DNA of 63,903 nucleotides, counting the filler, from Collodictyon triciliatum (lineage: Eukaryota), in the NCBI GenBank assembly GCA_043381765.1. It is 5 parts of 5 records of this genome, joined end to end, with 100 filler letters (N's around TTAATTAATTAA, not from the genome) between each part and the next. Parts side by side here need not be neighbours in the genome. Positions count along the whole stretch, not along the records: positions 23,199 to 29,417 come from JBHJMP010000535.1; positions 29,518 to 48,589 come from JBHJMP010000536.1; 3 more parts are not named here. The stretch is one strand, 5' to 3'. The position numbers and the translations under genes were made by a program. The first letter of the stretch is position 1. Each line of letters opens with the position of its first letter. Of the stretch, positions 24,259 through 36,200 are shown one piece after another. The notes under the pieces were generated by a model. The model saw nothing but the letters and a program-made list of their open reading frames with translations. It searched no databases and had not been told where the DNA came from.

Positions 24259-26435
24259 CACTAAAAAAAAAAAAATTGTTTGTGTGTTTGCCACAATGTG
24301 CACATTTTGAAAGTCTCGGTAGATGCTTAATTTTACATAAATTTCATAAGTTGTTTTATTTTATGAAATCGACTGATTGACTAAAGTGTTATTAAAATTG
24401 AAAACTCGGTAGTTTTCTAAAGGAAAAAGTAAAACAAAGACTTTCAGATGAAGAAAACATAACGTCTTGAGTTTGAGAATCTAAAGTCTGTAAAACCAGA
24501 CTATCGAAATGTGAAAACATTTGTAAAGTCGATTATAAAGAATGCGGATGACTATTACAAAATCAACGATACGGTTTTATTGTGTCATAATTTGGTTACC
24601 GACACTTACCTGTTTGCAAGATGTTACGTATTGAAATCACAACTTCCAACAATCAATGAAATGTTTTTTGTAAGCTTTAAAGAAAGTTGGAGTAGTTTCA
24701 GAAGATAGACCCACAAGATTAAAAAAACCAGAAATGAGTTAAGACATGATGATTTTTTATCTCAATGATTTTCGATTCCTTTTGTCCCGAGAAGAATGCT
24801 TTCCGTTGGTTGGACTGTCTCATGCATTACCGTACTTGGCGAAGCAAATGTTAACAGCTAATTATAATAACATTAAGGGGCATTTTGTAAAGAGATTACT
24901 GCACTTCATAAACCAAACAGTTCCTAAAGACAAGAATATTACGGAAGCAATTCAAAATGCAGAGTTACGAAAGTTAAAAAAAAATTCATCTTTAAGAATC
25001 TCGAAATACCGGAACAATACGAAGAATGGGCTACAACGCATTTGCATCGTATCATTCCCAGCGATATTGTAAAAGGTATAGAATATAACCCAAAGTCAAT
25101 CCGAAGAAGTGCATCCCATGTCTGATTTACATGAGTCGCATTTTTGAGGACATTGGAACCAAACTGTTTTAACCAATCTCTATAAGAACTACCAATATAC
25201 CATGTCATATAACTCTAGATACTGCACGTTTCATAGGTCTATTAGTATCAACTGGGGAAAACATCACTAATGAGGTATAGATCAGGATGGTAAGAGACCC
25301 CAGGGGATAATTTCTTTGAAATGAAGAAGAGGGTCTTCATCAAAGAGACTACAATTTTAAATACATTATACAAACAGACGGCTTGGTGGTGTCATTATTG
25401 TTTGAAAAGAAACGTATTTCAAATTCAAAATTCCAAATATAATGAAAAAAAAACCAAGAACATGTTTATATAGATGAACTTTCAGAAGAGCAGTTATCTT
25501 TATTAGCGACAAAAATAGTTAGAGTGGACGCAGGCAAGTTTAATTCGATTTACATGGTGGATGAGACAGGTAAGAAATTACGTTGCACGGCACACCAAAG
25601 AAGACATGATAGCAAATCTCTTAAAAATTACAAAATACTTTTGCGCAAGAAAAGTACAATTATTCAGGGATATGCATGGCAACAGATTTACAAAGTGCTG
25701 TTTCTTTTGGTGCCCTGACTTTTGAAGAGAATCAGCAGTTTGAGACATCAAGAGCATCTTTAATCCATGTAGAGACAGAACTGAGTAAACAAAATTCATG
25801 CACGGTCGATTATGAAAAAATTCGATAATAAGTATCTATGAAATCAAGATACCAGATAGAGTTATCCAGATTTTATGAACAATTGACTTTTCGAAAGATG
25901 AGGTGAAGACAGTATGTTAATACAAAAAGAAGTGAACAGTTGTTTATGGACTGAATCGAAAAGACATTTGGCAAGGATGTTGTACTGGCGTATGGAGGCT
26001 GGAGCAGAAAATGTCCGATGAAGCATTTTATGCCAACAATCGGAAGGAGATTACGAAAAATACCATCCAAACGTTTTGAAAAATTAGTGTAGGTGAATTT
26101 AAAACCTCCAAGATGTGTTGTATCTGCGAAAAAGAACTAGAATATATGAAACCGAAAGGAAATTCAAAAAAGGTGTATAGATGTCTCATATGTAAAGAAT
26201 GCAATCACTCAGAAAGTAAACAAAGTGTATTCTTGACAAAGACTTTAACAGCGCTAATAACATCCCAAGAAAGGTCTTTTAATCCTTCAAAAAAAGCATA
26301 CACCTTCCTCTAAAAAATAGACTGTCGGGTCTTTCCAGGCAGCCTTCACCACTACACAATCTTTGAAAATAGTGATGAGACCTTGGATACTAGCGCACCG
26401 AGTTTACCAATCGGCAGATGGTATACCCCTTCTAG
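24259..26435 (+). mobile_element. Non-autonomous Fanzor-carrying element (boundaries approximate)
   Basis: Intronless Fanzor remnant with a hairpin-rich left flank and a stem-loop + CTAG right flank; no transposase in the interval. Confidence 0.6.
24420..26310 (+). pseudogene. Fanzor1-like (TnpB/Cas12-related RuvC nuclease) pseudogene
   Basis: Collinear fragments across frameshifts: VKTFVKSIIK..KINDTV..TYLFARCYVL..LPTIN; LPYLAKQM..NNIKGHF; TNIPCHITLDTA; IIQTDGLVVSLLF; RuvC-I IVRVDAG (D 25527); FRKMR*RQY; VVLAYGGWS..MKHFMPTIG; RuvC-II GEFKTSKMCCIC (E 26095); YRCLICKEC; RuvC-III DFNSA.NI (D 26241). Multiple stops and frameshifts. Confidence 0.88.
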
Positions 26436-26511
26436 TAGTAAATACAAATAAAAATAAGATAAAACAGAAAACATAAACAGGCACCCAAGAAACACACAAA
26501 GAGAGTTCAAG

Positions 26512-27207
26512 ATGTCTTCAAAGCTGCCACGCTCAACCAGCGCAAGTCGAGTCCCGACCACCTCCAAGGCTGCTCACTCTTCTCCATCAGCCCGGGAAAA
26601 AGAGCTGCAACGAGACAATCCCACTTCTGCACCAGCGAGAAATCGATCGGCCTCAGCCTCTCGGATGCGTCCGGCTTCAGTCGCAGCCACTTCCAATAAC
26701 AGCAGAATACCGCCAGCAAAGCCAGACTCAGCCAGACAGCTACCTGCAGTACTGGTTGCCAGGAAAACAGGGCAGGATAATGCAAGCGTCGCGCCAGTGT
26801 TGAAAGGACGTCTGGCTCCCTCCAGCAAGATAGGTTCTGGACGTCGAAGCCAGCGAACTCATCTCTTCAGTCAGCTGCCTGACGAAATACTATTGATGGT
26901 ATGTTTGTCGATTGAATTCGTATTATGTATGTATGTATGTATGTATGTATGTATGTATGTATGTATGTATGTATGTATGTATGTATGTATGTATGTATGT
27001 ATGTATGTATGTATGTATGTATGTATGTATGTATGTATGTANNNNNNNNNNNNNNNNNNNNNNNNNNNNNNNNNNNNNNNNNNNNNNNNNNNNNNNNNNN
27101 NNNNNNNNNNNNNNNNNNNNNNNNNNNNNNNNNNNNNNNNNTGTATGTATGTATGTATGTATGTATGTATGTATGTATGTATGTATGTATGTATGTATGT
27201 ATGTATG

Positions 27208-27238
<31 letters not shown>

Positions 27239-29277
27239 TTTTCATCATAGAGATAATTTAGCAATTCACAGTTACCCAAAAAAAAACACCTGAAAAAAGG
27301 TATTTAGTCATTTGGAACCATATGACCTATGTCGCTCGATCTGCAGGTATAATTTATTTCTTATCAAGTAACTGGTCTCCATAGACTCCCTACAAATCTC
27401 TGAATGTCATTAGAAAAGTTTATTTAATAAAATGTGAGCCGCCTTTTCTACTAGGGTTTGTAAGCTATGGAATCAGCTTTCTTCGGAAAATACCTTATGG
27501 TAAAAATTGGTCATAATTTTCACCAATCTCTCGTCATTTTCATTGTTTTTAATTAAATTTTTAATTTTTTTGCTTTTATTTTAATGCATTTTTATTTCCA
27601 TTATGATTCTTTATGCACATGGTCTCTAAAAAGCAACTTTATAGAAATTTGGCTATTGAAATGGTATTAACTTTAATTAATATGTATGACTCTATGAATT
27701 CGCACGTTTTGTCCTTTCACATGACAGGAAGTCGTTATTTGAACATAAAAATACGGTTTCACTTTCGTCTCAGTCATCAACTTTATCGATGAAATGGAAA
27801 AAACGCTACTTGGATAGAATAAATCAAGTAAATATTTGAAATAGTTTATTTGCACTAACGCTTAAATACCAGGCTTTTGTATATTTAATTATATGAATTT
27901 TTTATTATTAGCGTTAGTCGTATTAGTAGTAGTATTAATATGATAGGAGAGGAATCAAGAAAGGGAGCTTTATCTGAACACTTTCACATCCAGTTTAAAA
28001 AAGTCTTTTAGCCGATTCCGTAGAAGAGACAACCAGGTATGTGTCAAGTGACAATCTTTTCTTCTAGCATTACAAATTGTTTATTTGTACCATGAAATTT
28101 AATAGATTAACAGCCAGCGGATGGTTCTAGAGATGAACTTGTCGTGGACAATAGATTTGGTGGACCTTGACAATCGAATACATCAAGTAGCTTCGTTTTC
28201 ATTTGATAACACTGGTCTAGCGAGGGTAAGAAGATCGGGGTGAAGGAGATAGGAAATATATTTTCGTATGTATATATCAGAAATAATAAACTTCGAATAC
28301 TTTTTAGAATAAACAAGCAGTTATGTTTCAACATACGCTGCATTTACGGCCACGGTTGGATACCCAAGCCTTAATTCCATTATCCAGAGTAAAGGAACTG
28401 GTTGTTTCAGGCATCGCGACCCAAGTATATATGATTAAAATACAAGAAATAATATCTTCTTTGTTCATAAATATCATTGTCAATATGGTTGAATTTCTTC
28501 TCAATTTTCTCTCGTAATTTTGTTTCCATTCCCCTCAGTAAAATATATATTTATGAAAAACACAAATATTAACACATGCAGGTATCAACCCGGCCGTGTT
28601 TTTTCAAATATGCAGAAAAGTTCATGAGTGACCGGAAGGCTTTTGGCATCGACCGCAAAAAAGCTGTTGAGAGTGAGCTTTAGCTATCGCGCTCATTTAC
28701 TTTTTTTTTTTTTTCCTTTTCTTTTTTTACCTGGCTGATACATCTTATTCCCACCACACCCATTAGCTCCTACAAGCCGTCAGTTAGAATGTTCCTTCCA
28801 CCCTCAAAGATAATGTTCTGTTTCAAAGAATGAATTTAACTGTTCATAGATGTAAGCAGCTGGAACTTATCATCCCAGAATGATGCTGTTATTCTTTACT
28901 CTTCAAGCTCCTTGAGATTTACTCTGGGTGTGTGGAGAGACTCGAAAGACATATGCCTTATAACTGCCACCCTTCTGCATACAGATATCATGAAGCAGAT
29001 TTTTTCTCAAATTCCTGACTTAGATTGGGAGAGAAAGGTATTGCCACTGTATATATAAAGAGACTGAAAGTTGAATTTTTTTCTGGGTTTATACCTATTA
29101 TAGTCGCGCATTGCAAATACTTTAGTAATGTGACTGACTATATAGATGGGAGCGCAGTTGGCCGCATATTTGCGACCACACATACCATACGATGATGACC
29201 TTGATTCGAAGTTCGGATTGCATGATTATTGCCTCCATCTCGAAATTCGTACCGGAACTAGGACGGTTTGGTCTAGT
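26512..29277 (+). CDS. FBXO15: F-box only protein 15-like, 3' truncated by a gap
   Basis: Spliced F-box FSQLPDEILLM|VFSHLEPYDLCRSIC|RVCKLWNQLSSENTLW. Downstream LGVWRD and PYDDDLDSKFGLHDYCLHLEI match the FBXO15 C-terminal DD..yGLHgY.lH motif as I recall it. Confidence 0.75.
26923..27236. repeat. (TATG)n intronic microsatellite spanning a 100-N gap
   Basis: Direct reading. Confidence 0.95.
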
Positions 29278-29307
29278 AAGCGTATCACTAGTTTTCTTTT
29301 TCCTTTG

Positions 29308-29417
29308 TATGGTTTTTTATGGTTTTTTATGGTTTTTTATGGTTTTTTATGGTTTTTTATGGTTTTTTATGGTTTTTTATGGTTTTTTATGGTTTTTTAT
29401 GGTTTTTTATGGTTTTT
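29308..29417. repeat. (TATGGTTTTT)n 10-mer tandem repeat
   Basis: Direct reading. Confidence 0.95.
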
Positions 29418-29517
29418 NNNNNNNNNNNNNNNNNNNNNNNNNNNNNNNNNNNNNNNNNNNNTTAATTAATTAANNNNNNNNNNNNNNNNNNNNNNNNNNN
29501 NNNNNNNNNNNNNNNNN
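29418..29517. other. Artificial linker N44-TTAATTAATTAA-N44
   Basis: Same structure as 23099-23198. Confidence 0.95.
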
Positions 29518-29589
<72 letters not shown>

Positions 29590-30009
29590 TTTTTTGTTTT
29601 TTGTTTTTTTTTTTTTTGTTTTTTGTTTTTTGTTTTTTGTTTTTTGTTTTTTTGTTTGTGTCGATTTTACCGTTGGCAGTCTCAAATCAAAATTTATGTT
29701 ACCCAAACTGGAAATTATACTGTTTAGCCAAAATAGATGGAGGATTTTTTATTCAAATAAAATGCTATATCCGCACGAAGCCACATTGACTATATCACAA
29801 CAAATATGGTATGATTACTTTTATCACGCATAAGGACAAACCGGAATCTGACGGCGCGGGATGCCAAACACGAACACAAACACAAACACATTCAACCGCG
29901 CCAGAAAGTAGGCAGGACAACACAAGTCGGTGCGTGACTTTGGAAGCCCAGAGAGACCCCCAAAAGAACAAGAGGCTCGAAATCCTGCAGCCATCGGCCG
30001 AGGTCGCAG

Positions 30010-30799
30010 ATGCAATCCTCGCGAGTCAGTCCCGCCCTTTGCCCTCCGCGCCCGCTTCCGGAGTCTGGCCTGTCAGCCTCGTTGTCGTCGTCTTCTCCGC
30101 ATTCCTCGATGGCGTCGCCCACAGACAGGGGAAACAGCAAGACAGAGGCTTCTCCAAACCAGGTTTCGCAAAGCATGCGCAAAACACGCAACTCAAACAC
30201 AGAGTATCCCACTTCGCCGCAGTCTTTCTTCCATCAGTTCGGCCGCTCTCGAAACCACAGCCCTCCGTCTGATCCGCAACCGATTCTCCCAGCAAAAGTC
30301 CCACCTTCGATTCCGCGCGAAAGTCGCCTGATTACACAGTATACATCGTGATAATTGTCTATGCTTTTTTCTCCCTTTCTTTTTCTCTCTTTCTTTTTCT
30401 CTCTTTCTTTTTTTCTCTTTCTTTTTTTCTCTTTCTTTTTTTTTTATCTCTCTTTTTTATCTCCCTTTTTTCTCTCTCTCTTTTTCTCTCTTTTTTATCT
30501 CTCTTTTTTATCTCTCTTTTTTATCTCTCTTTTTTATCTCTCTTTTTTATCTCTCTTTTTTATCTCTCTTTTTTATCTCTCTTTTTTATCTCTCTTTTTT
30601 ATCTCTCTTTTTTATCTCTCTTTTTTATCTCTCTTNNNNNNNNNNNNNNNNNNNNNNNNNNNNNNNNNNNNNNNNNNNNNNNNNNNNNNNNNNNNNNNNN
30701 NNNNNNNNNNNNNNNNNNNNNNNNNNNNNNNNNNNTTTCTTTCTTTTTTTCTCTCTTTTTTTCTTTCTTTTTCTTTCTTTTTTTTTCTTTTTTTTTTTC

Positions 30800-30868
<69 letters not shown>

Positions 30869-32796
30869 TCAATTGTAGTTAACGCGAACGATTTTGTTTC
30901 TTACTCATTCTTATTACAATAGACGACCGAAATCGGGTACATCTGAACAAATGCGTTCCAGGCTCGCCCAAAAACCAAATCTTTCACCACATTGCGTAGA
31001 CTCTGCAGACTCTGGTAAGATTAAATCATGAATAAGCAAATGCATTAAATTAAATGGCATTGATGAACAACCTTATTCGCACATACAATCCATTTCAAAT
31101 CATTTTCATATTATATAGCTCATTTTTTGTTTATCTGATATTCAAAGAAAATTCGTACAAGAAAGTGCAAGTGGAGGAGTCAAGTGTCAGTTTTCACAGC
31201 ATCGATTCACGTCAAAGATCGCGCAGCATTGCAAATCCTCAATGCACGGACTCCGAGGACGCGTCAGAAGCACCCGAATCGACCCTTCATCCGTTCGATT
31301 ATACAGACTCTCATAATAGTCGCCCAGTTACAAAATTACTCATGTCAATCACACCAATGACCCCGCCTACTCTTTCCAGAGCAAAAGCATCATCCAACTC
31401 CACAGGACCAAATCCCAGCAACATCGAGTCTCTGTCTTCGTCTGTAATTCCATCACAAATGCAAAAGCAGGCTTCTTACAACTTTCCTCCAGGCCAACCC
31501 CGAAGTCAAAACACGTATCCGCCAGAACGCCTCTTGAGGCGACTTCGAATGGCAGCATCGCCAAAACATCACCCGACCGAGGTCAACTCTAACTGCGAGA
31601 AGCAAAGTCGCAACCATGCATCCAACTTACAAATGCAGCTCACTATACAGAGCCAAAAGGTTGCAGGCCCGGCTCAGCCTCAAATCCAAAGTCAGTCCAA
31701 GACACAAATTCCCGGACCTACTGTTTTGCAATCTATCACAGCTCCTGTCACATTGTCTTCTGCAGCAACAGCACCCACTATAGCAGGCCCAGCAACTTTG
31801 TCGATCTCAGCAACCACATCTCGGTCCATGTCTCAAGTTCCTCAGGATGCAGTTGTGGACACATCAAAGCGTCGCTCCAGACAGAAATCCTATGTGAACA
31901 ATATGTACAACTCTCCAGACCCGTTTGTGCTTTACCTAGCCGGTCCGATTCTGCTCACAGCCCCACACGGCCTACGTCTTATTCGTGGCGGCGAGAAGGG
32001 TGAACGGCGACGAATCCACAAGCGCGAACGATGGGTGAATGAGTTGATTGTCCGGGTGGCCAAGCACCTGGAGGAACACTACGGTTTCATGGTAAGCTTT
32101 ATGCTGTGGAACCTGAACACCGCCCGAAAAGCAGACAGCACAAACCTAGATCCAAACTACCTCACACGCCCCCAGTTTGCCCAAAGTCCTTGGCATCACG
32201 CTCTTGTGCAGTTCAAGAAGCGCTTTCCGCACTTCCCTGTTATGCACATCGACGTCCACGGCAAAATGGACCGCAAGGCAAACCTCGACTTGGATTTGGG
32301 AATGGAGCCCATGCACCAATTCTGGCCGCACAAGAAAACAGTCGACTCTTTACGTAGTAATCTGGCCAGTTGCTTTCGAGGAGCATTTCGTGGGGTCAAA
32401 CCCCCGTTGCCGCCAAACGATACACGTGAGTTTGGAGTGGAAGAAGACCCGTACTTGTGTGGATTCTGGGGTGTTAACTCCTTCTACACAATGACCCATC
32501 AGGCTATAATCTCAGGGATTCCGTCAGCACAACTAGAAATTCCGTACACCCTGCGAAGTACTCTTTGCACAAACTCTGCCGCGTTGGCTGCTTTTGCAGA
32601 TGCGATTTATAGTGCTTATCAAAATGGTATTTTGGCCCTTCATCCCGACCGCACGATTATGGATGCTGTTGTGATATCTCGTCAGACTACCCATGTGTCA
32701 AACTGTCCAAGGACAAGTCAGTTTCAACCAATTGTCGCAGAGATGGTTGCGGATTTGGAACGAATGGACAAGGCGAGCGACGAAAAGTGTATTTAG
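30010..32796 (+). CDS. Ser/Pro/Gln-rich N-terminus + N-formylglutamate amidohydrolase-like Zn hydrolase domain, 3 exons
   Basis: Exons ~30010-30338, 30922-31014 and 31148-32796 splice in phase. C-terminal motifs PILLTAPHG, HIDVHG and AQLEI are typical of the FGase/Zn-exopeptidase fold. Confidence 0.7.
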
Positions 32797-33278
32797 TGTA
32801 TCCGTCAAGAGGTATCTCTGCGTGTGTCAGGGACGAAGGTAAATAGAGGCGCCTTGTAAATATGACACTAATAATTGGCGGACTTTATTGTATAAGCCAT
32901 CCGAAATATAGGGTTGTTTCACCAAATTAATAAAAAAATAAAAAAAAAAACTGAAGAAAAAAATGTGTTGGGAGAACAATCGCGCGAGAATGAGAAGCGC
33001 GTGTCACGAAGAATCGACGCACTGTGTTGATATACGATTACGATTGCGTTTGGAGAAATTAGTTATGTCTGGCGCGTCCTATTTTATTTCAATTTGAGTG
33101 AGGTGTTTAATATGGTGGCCAAGGGATAATCCCAAATATTTTGTTAAAGGGCAACTTTGGATAGAGATCATCAACCACTGTCGAGATGTTGAGGGCATTT
33201 TCTAAATGAGTTTTATTCAGTAATCGCGGAAGAGGTGCAGGAATTGAAGAATGTTGGTACACAGGATTTTCTGTCGCT

Positions 33279-36200
33279 TCATTTGGTGTCGACAAACACA
33301 AAATCGTCAAACTTATCTTCAACGCGCTTGGACTTTAGCTTGAGGCAGCTTTGTAATAGTGTTGAGATATCTTCTTGTGTGCATTTCCTGGCGAAGAAAG
33401 GGTGCTGTGGAGAGGTAATCAGATTAATTACGTTGAGAAAAATTAACACAACTTATAACCACAAAGTTATTCATGTAAATAAGTCGGGAAACCAGCGTAC
33501 CGTGAGCAAATCCTTCATACTTGCCCGGCTACTGTCCTCGATTTGGAGACATTTATGTAAGAGATCAATTTGCTCGAACGTTGCTTTGTGAGGCTGCCTC
33601 AACCCAGGAAATCCTTCCGTAGCAATCAGAAACAAGGCCTAAGTAGATTTGGAAACATAATATCAATATGCACCAGTAAATTACTATCTCATCGACGTAT
33701 TCTGGATGGTAAGTCTTCTTTTTCTTTTTCTTTTTCTTTTTCTTTTTCTTTTTCTTTTTCTTTTTCTTTTTCTTTTTCTTTTTCTTTTTCTTTTTCTTTT
33801 TCTTTTTAACTTTCATTATTATTTTTTCAAGTCAGTAGGTATAGAGCTCAAACTCACGCGGGATGTTTTATATTGCGTATAAGGAGGTTCTCCATCAATC
33901 ATTTCCACATTCATGATTCCAAAGCTCCAAACATCTAGCTATGAGGATAGTGCAGTTTTACCGATTGCTTTTGAAATTTTCTTAATAACTATTCTAGGCT
34001 TTTATCAAATATATAAAAAGGCAAGCTTGTAATATGAAAAAATATTTTCTCAATTATAAGGAACAAGAATCACACACAATTAGATAGGGATTATTCCACG
34101 TTAACATTTGAATGATAATATCAAGCAAGAAATAGCAGCAAGAAAAAACCTTCGGCCCATAAGGCTTCCCACGTATCAGCTCAGGTGCCATCCAGAAAGG
34201 TGTGCCAACTTGTTCCTTAAATTTTGTCAAAAGGTACATTTATAATCGCACTAGTAATCAAAATTAGGTTTATTCCAATTTTTTATATCAATTATTCAAA
34301 ACCTGGCTGTGCTTTTGCTCATACAACTCAATACATAAGCCAAAATCCGCTATTGATAGGTTGAATATTGAGAGAAAATCAGCAAAGTATCAATTACCAA
34401 ATAAAGGCGGCATTGTAGCATCGTGACGATATCATTAAAAGGATGAGTAACGGCATTGAAACGACTATACCCAATTTAACACACCCATCCATCGAGAACA
34501 AAATGTTTTCCCCTTTGATATCACGGTGAATTCGGCCGTTCTCATGTATATATGACAAACCCAGAGCGATCTTCAAGAGAGATTCAAAGTAAACGCCATT
34601 AGTTTAAGCACAAAAGTATATCTACGGATTGCCTGGCAACTTTTAGATACCATATTATTCAAAGAAAGTATTGGTGTAAAGGACAAATACCCACCATAGT
34701 AAGTTATTACAAACAACAAAATTTACCTCGTGGGCCACATATGCCATTTGCTTTTCTTTCAGTTGGATAAGACGTGTCAGTTCTTTAAGAGTTCCAAAGT
34801 CCATATACTCCATCACAACCTGCAATAAATAAATCGTTTTTAGATAGAAAATTGGTGTTTGTATTAGAGATATAAGAAATTAATCAAACATTAACACCGG
34901 GAGGGGGGAAACTGTTCATATTTCACAATTATTTTTTCTAGAAGCCTATACCCAGTAATCGCCTCTTTCAACCCAATGACCCCAGTACATCACTACGTTC
35001 GGATGTCGACAACGAGCCATCATAGCAATCTCATTCTGCATCACTTTTTCGGTCTTTTTCTTTGATAGCTTGTCTTTTCTGTACAGTTTCAGCGCTACTG
35101 TGTTTCCTGACGGAGAGTGTATCGCTCGATACAAGACCCCGAAGGCTCTAAAAAAAAAAATACAAACAACGGATAAAATGTTGATATTGAAATCAAAATG
35201 AGACGGTATAATTGTCTAAATTTAATGATAAAAGCAGGTAATGACCCGTTTCCAATCTTGACTCGGTCACGGAATTGCTCCCCGTATTTGTCTGTCATCA
35301 TGGGAGCTAAAGAAACCGCAAGCCACGAGATATGGACAATAATTGATTTGTTTGTCAGTTTCTTTTCTTTTCTTTTGTGTGTGTAACATATATCGCCTAA
35401 ATTAAAATGATTCGAATCGTGTAAATGTTTCGAGAGACCTCCTTCCGTTTGAGGTACTGTTTTGGAGACGGCAGTATAAGGAAACGGAAACTTTTCCTTC
35501 GACGATCTTTGCCCCCTACGATGCAGCAATTATTAAAGGAACTTGAATAAGCTTCTTACTAACATTTGATTTGTATCTATCATCCAAAAGTACAGCAGAT
35601 GCGGCATATTTTGTTCTATTTGAATATCAAGAACTCTTAAGCTTCATGATTTAAGATGAACGACTAGAGGCTAATAAGAGAGCAACTTTGCTGGAGATGG
35701 CTCTTTTGGAGGCTCTAGTCCTGGTTCATCTGGCAATTGGGCGTTGTCATTTTCTCCATCCACGTCCACATGTCCCTCACCTAATGCATCTCTGGTATCC
35801 TATTTTTTGTTTTGTTTTGTTTGTTTTTTGGTGTTCGGTGCTTTAACAAGTGCATTTGATAAATATGTCAATCAATTCATCATGTTTATGATTAGTATGA
35901 TTTGATCGACAAAGTGAAACGGATTGTTAATACATGAATAAGAATTCCTTGGGCTTCATCCAAGGCGAATGATCTATCGGGTGATTGGATGATACTTGGA
36001 GATACTGGCATGGAATTTGCTTGCATGAATGAATCTTTTGCCACTGAGCAGCTGGATGGAATCGGGAGAGTTGGACTTTGTGCTGAAAATACTGCTACAT
36101 TCGAGGGTACTGGTGCAGACGCTGCAACCATCGGGGGTTCATAAGAAGCCGCTTGCTCGACTACACGAAAGGAATAACTTTATCAAGACATTGTATAAAA

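Noticed and set aside
25904-25954. TGA at a conserved Trp position in Fanzor as a sign of an alternative genetic code or selenocysteine
   Set aside because: The same region has TAA/TAG stops and frameshifts, and the kinase gene uses TGA as its stop; ordinary decay explains it
24259-26374. CACTA...TAGTG as an EnSpm/CACTA transposon
   Set aside because: The match is limited to the 5-bp motif, the 3-bp flanks differ (CTA vs ATG), there is no transposase, and the TAGTG pairs locally with CACTA at 26350
29738-29937. Two small spliceable exons after the linker as the FBXO15 3' end
   Set aside because: They are phase-consistent but show no recognisable FBXO15 similarity and lie across an artificial linker
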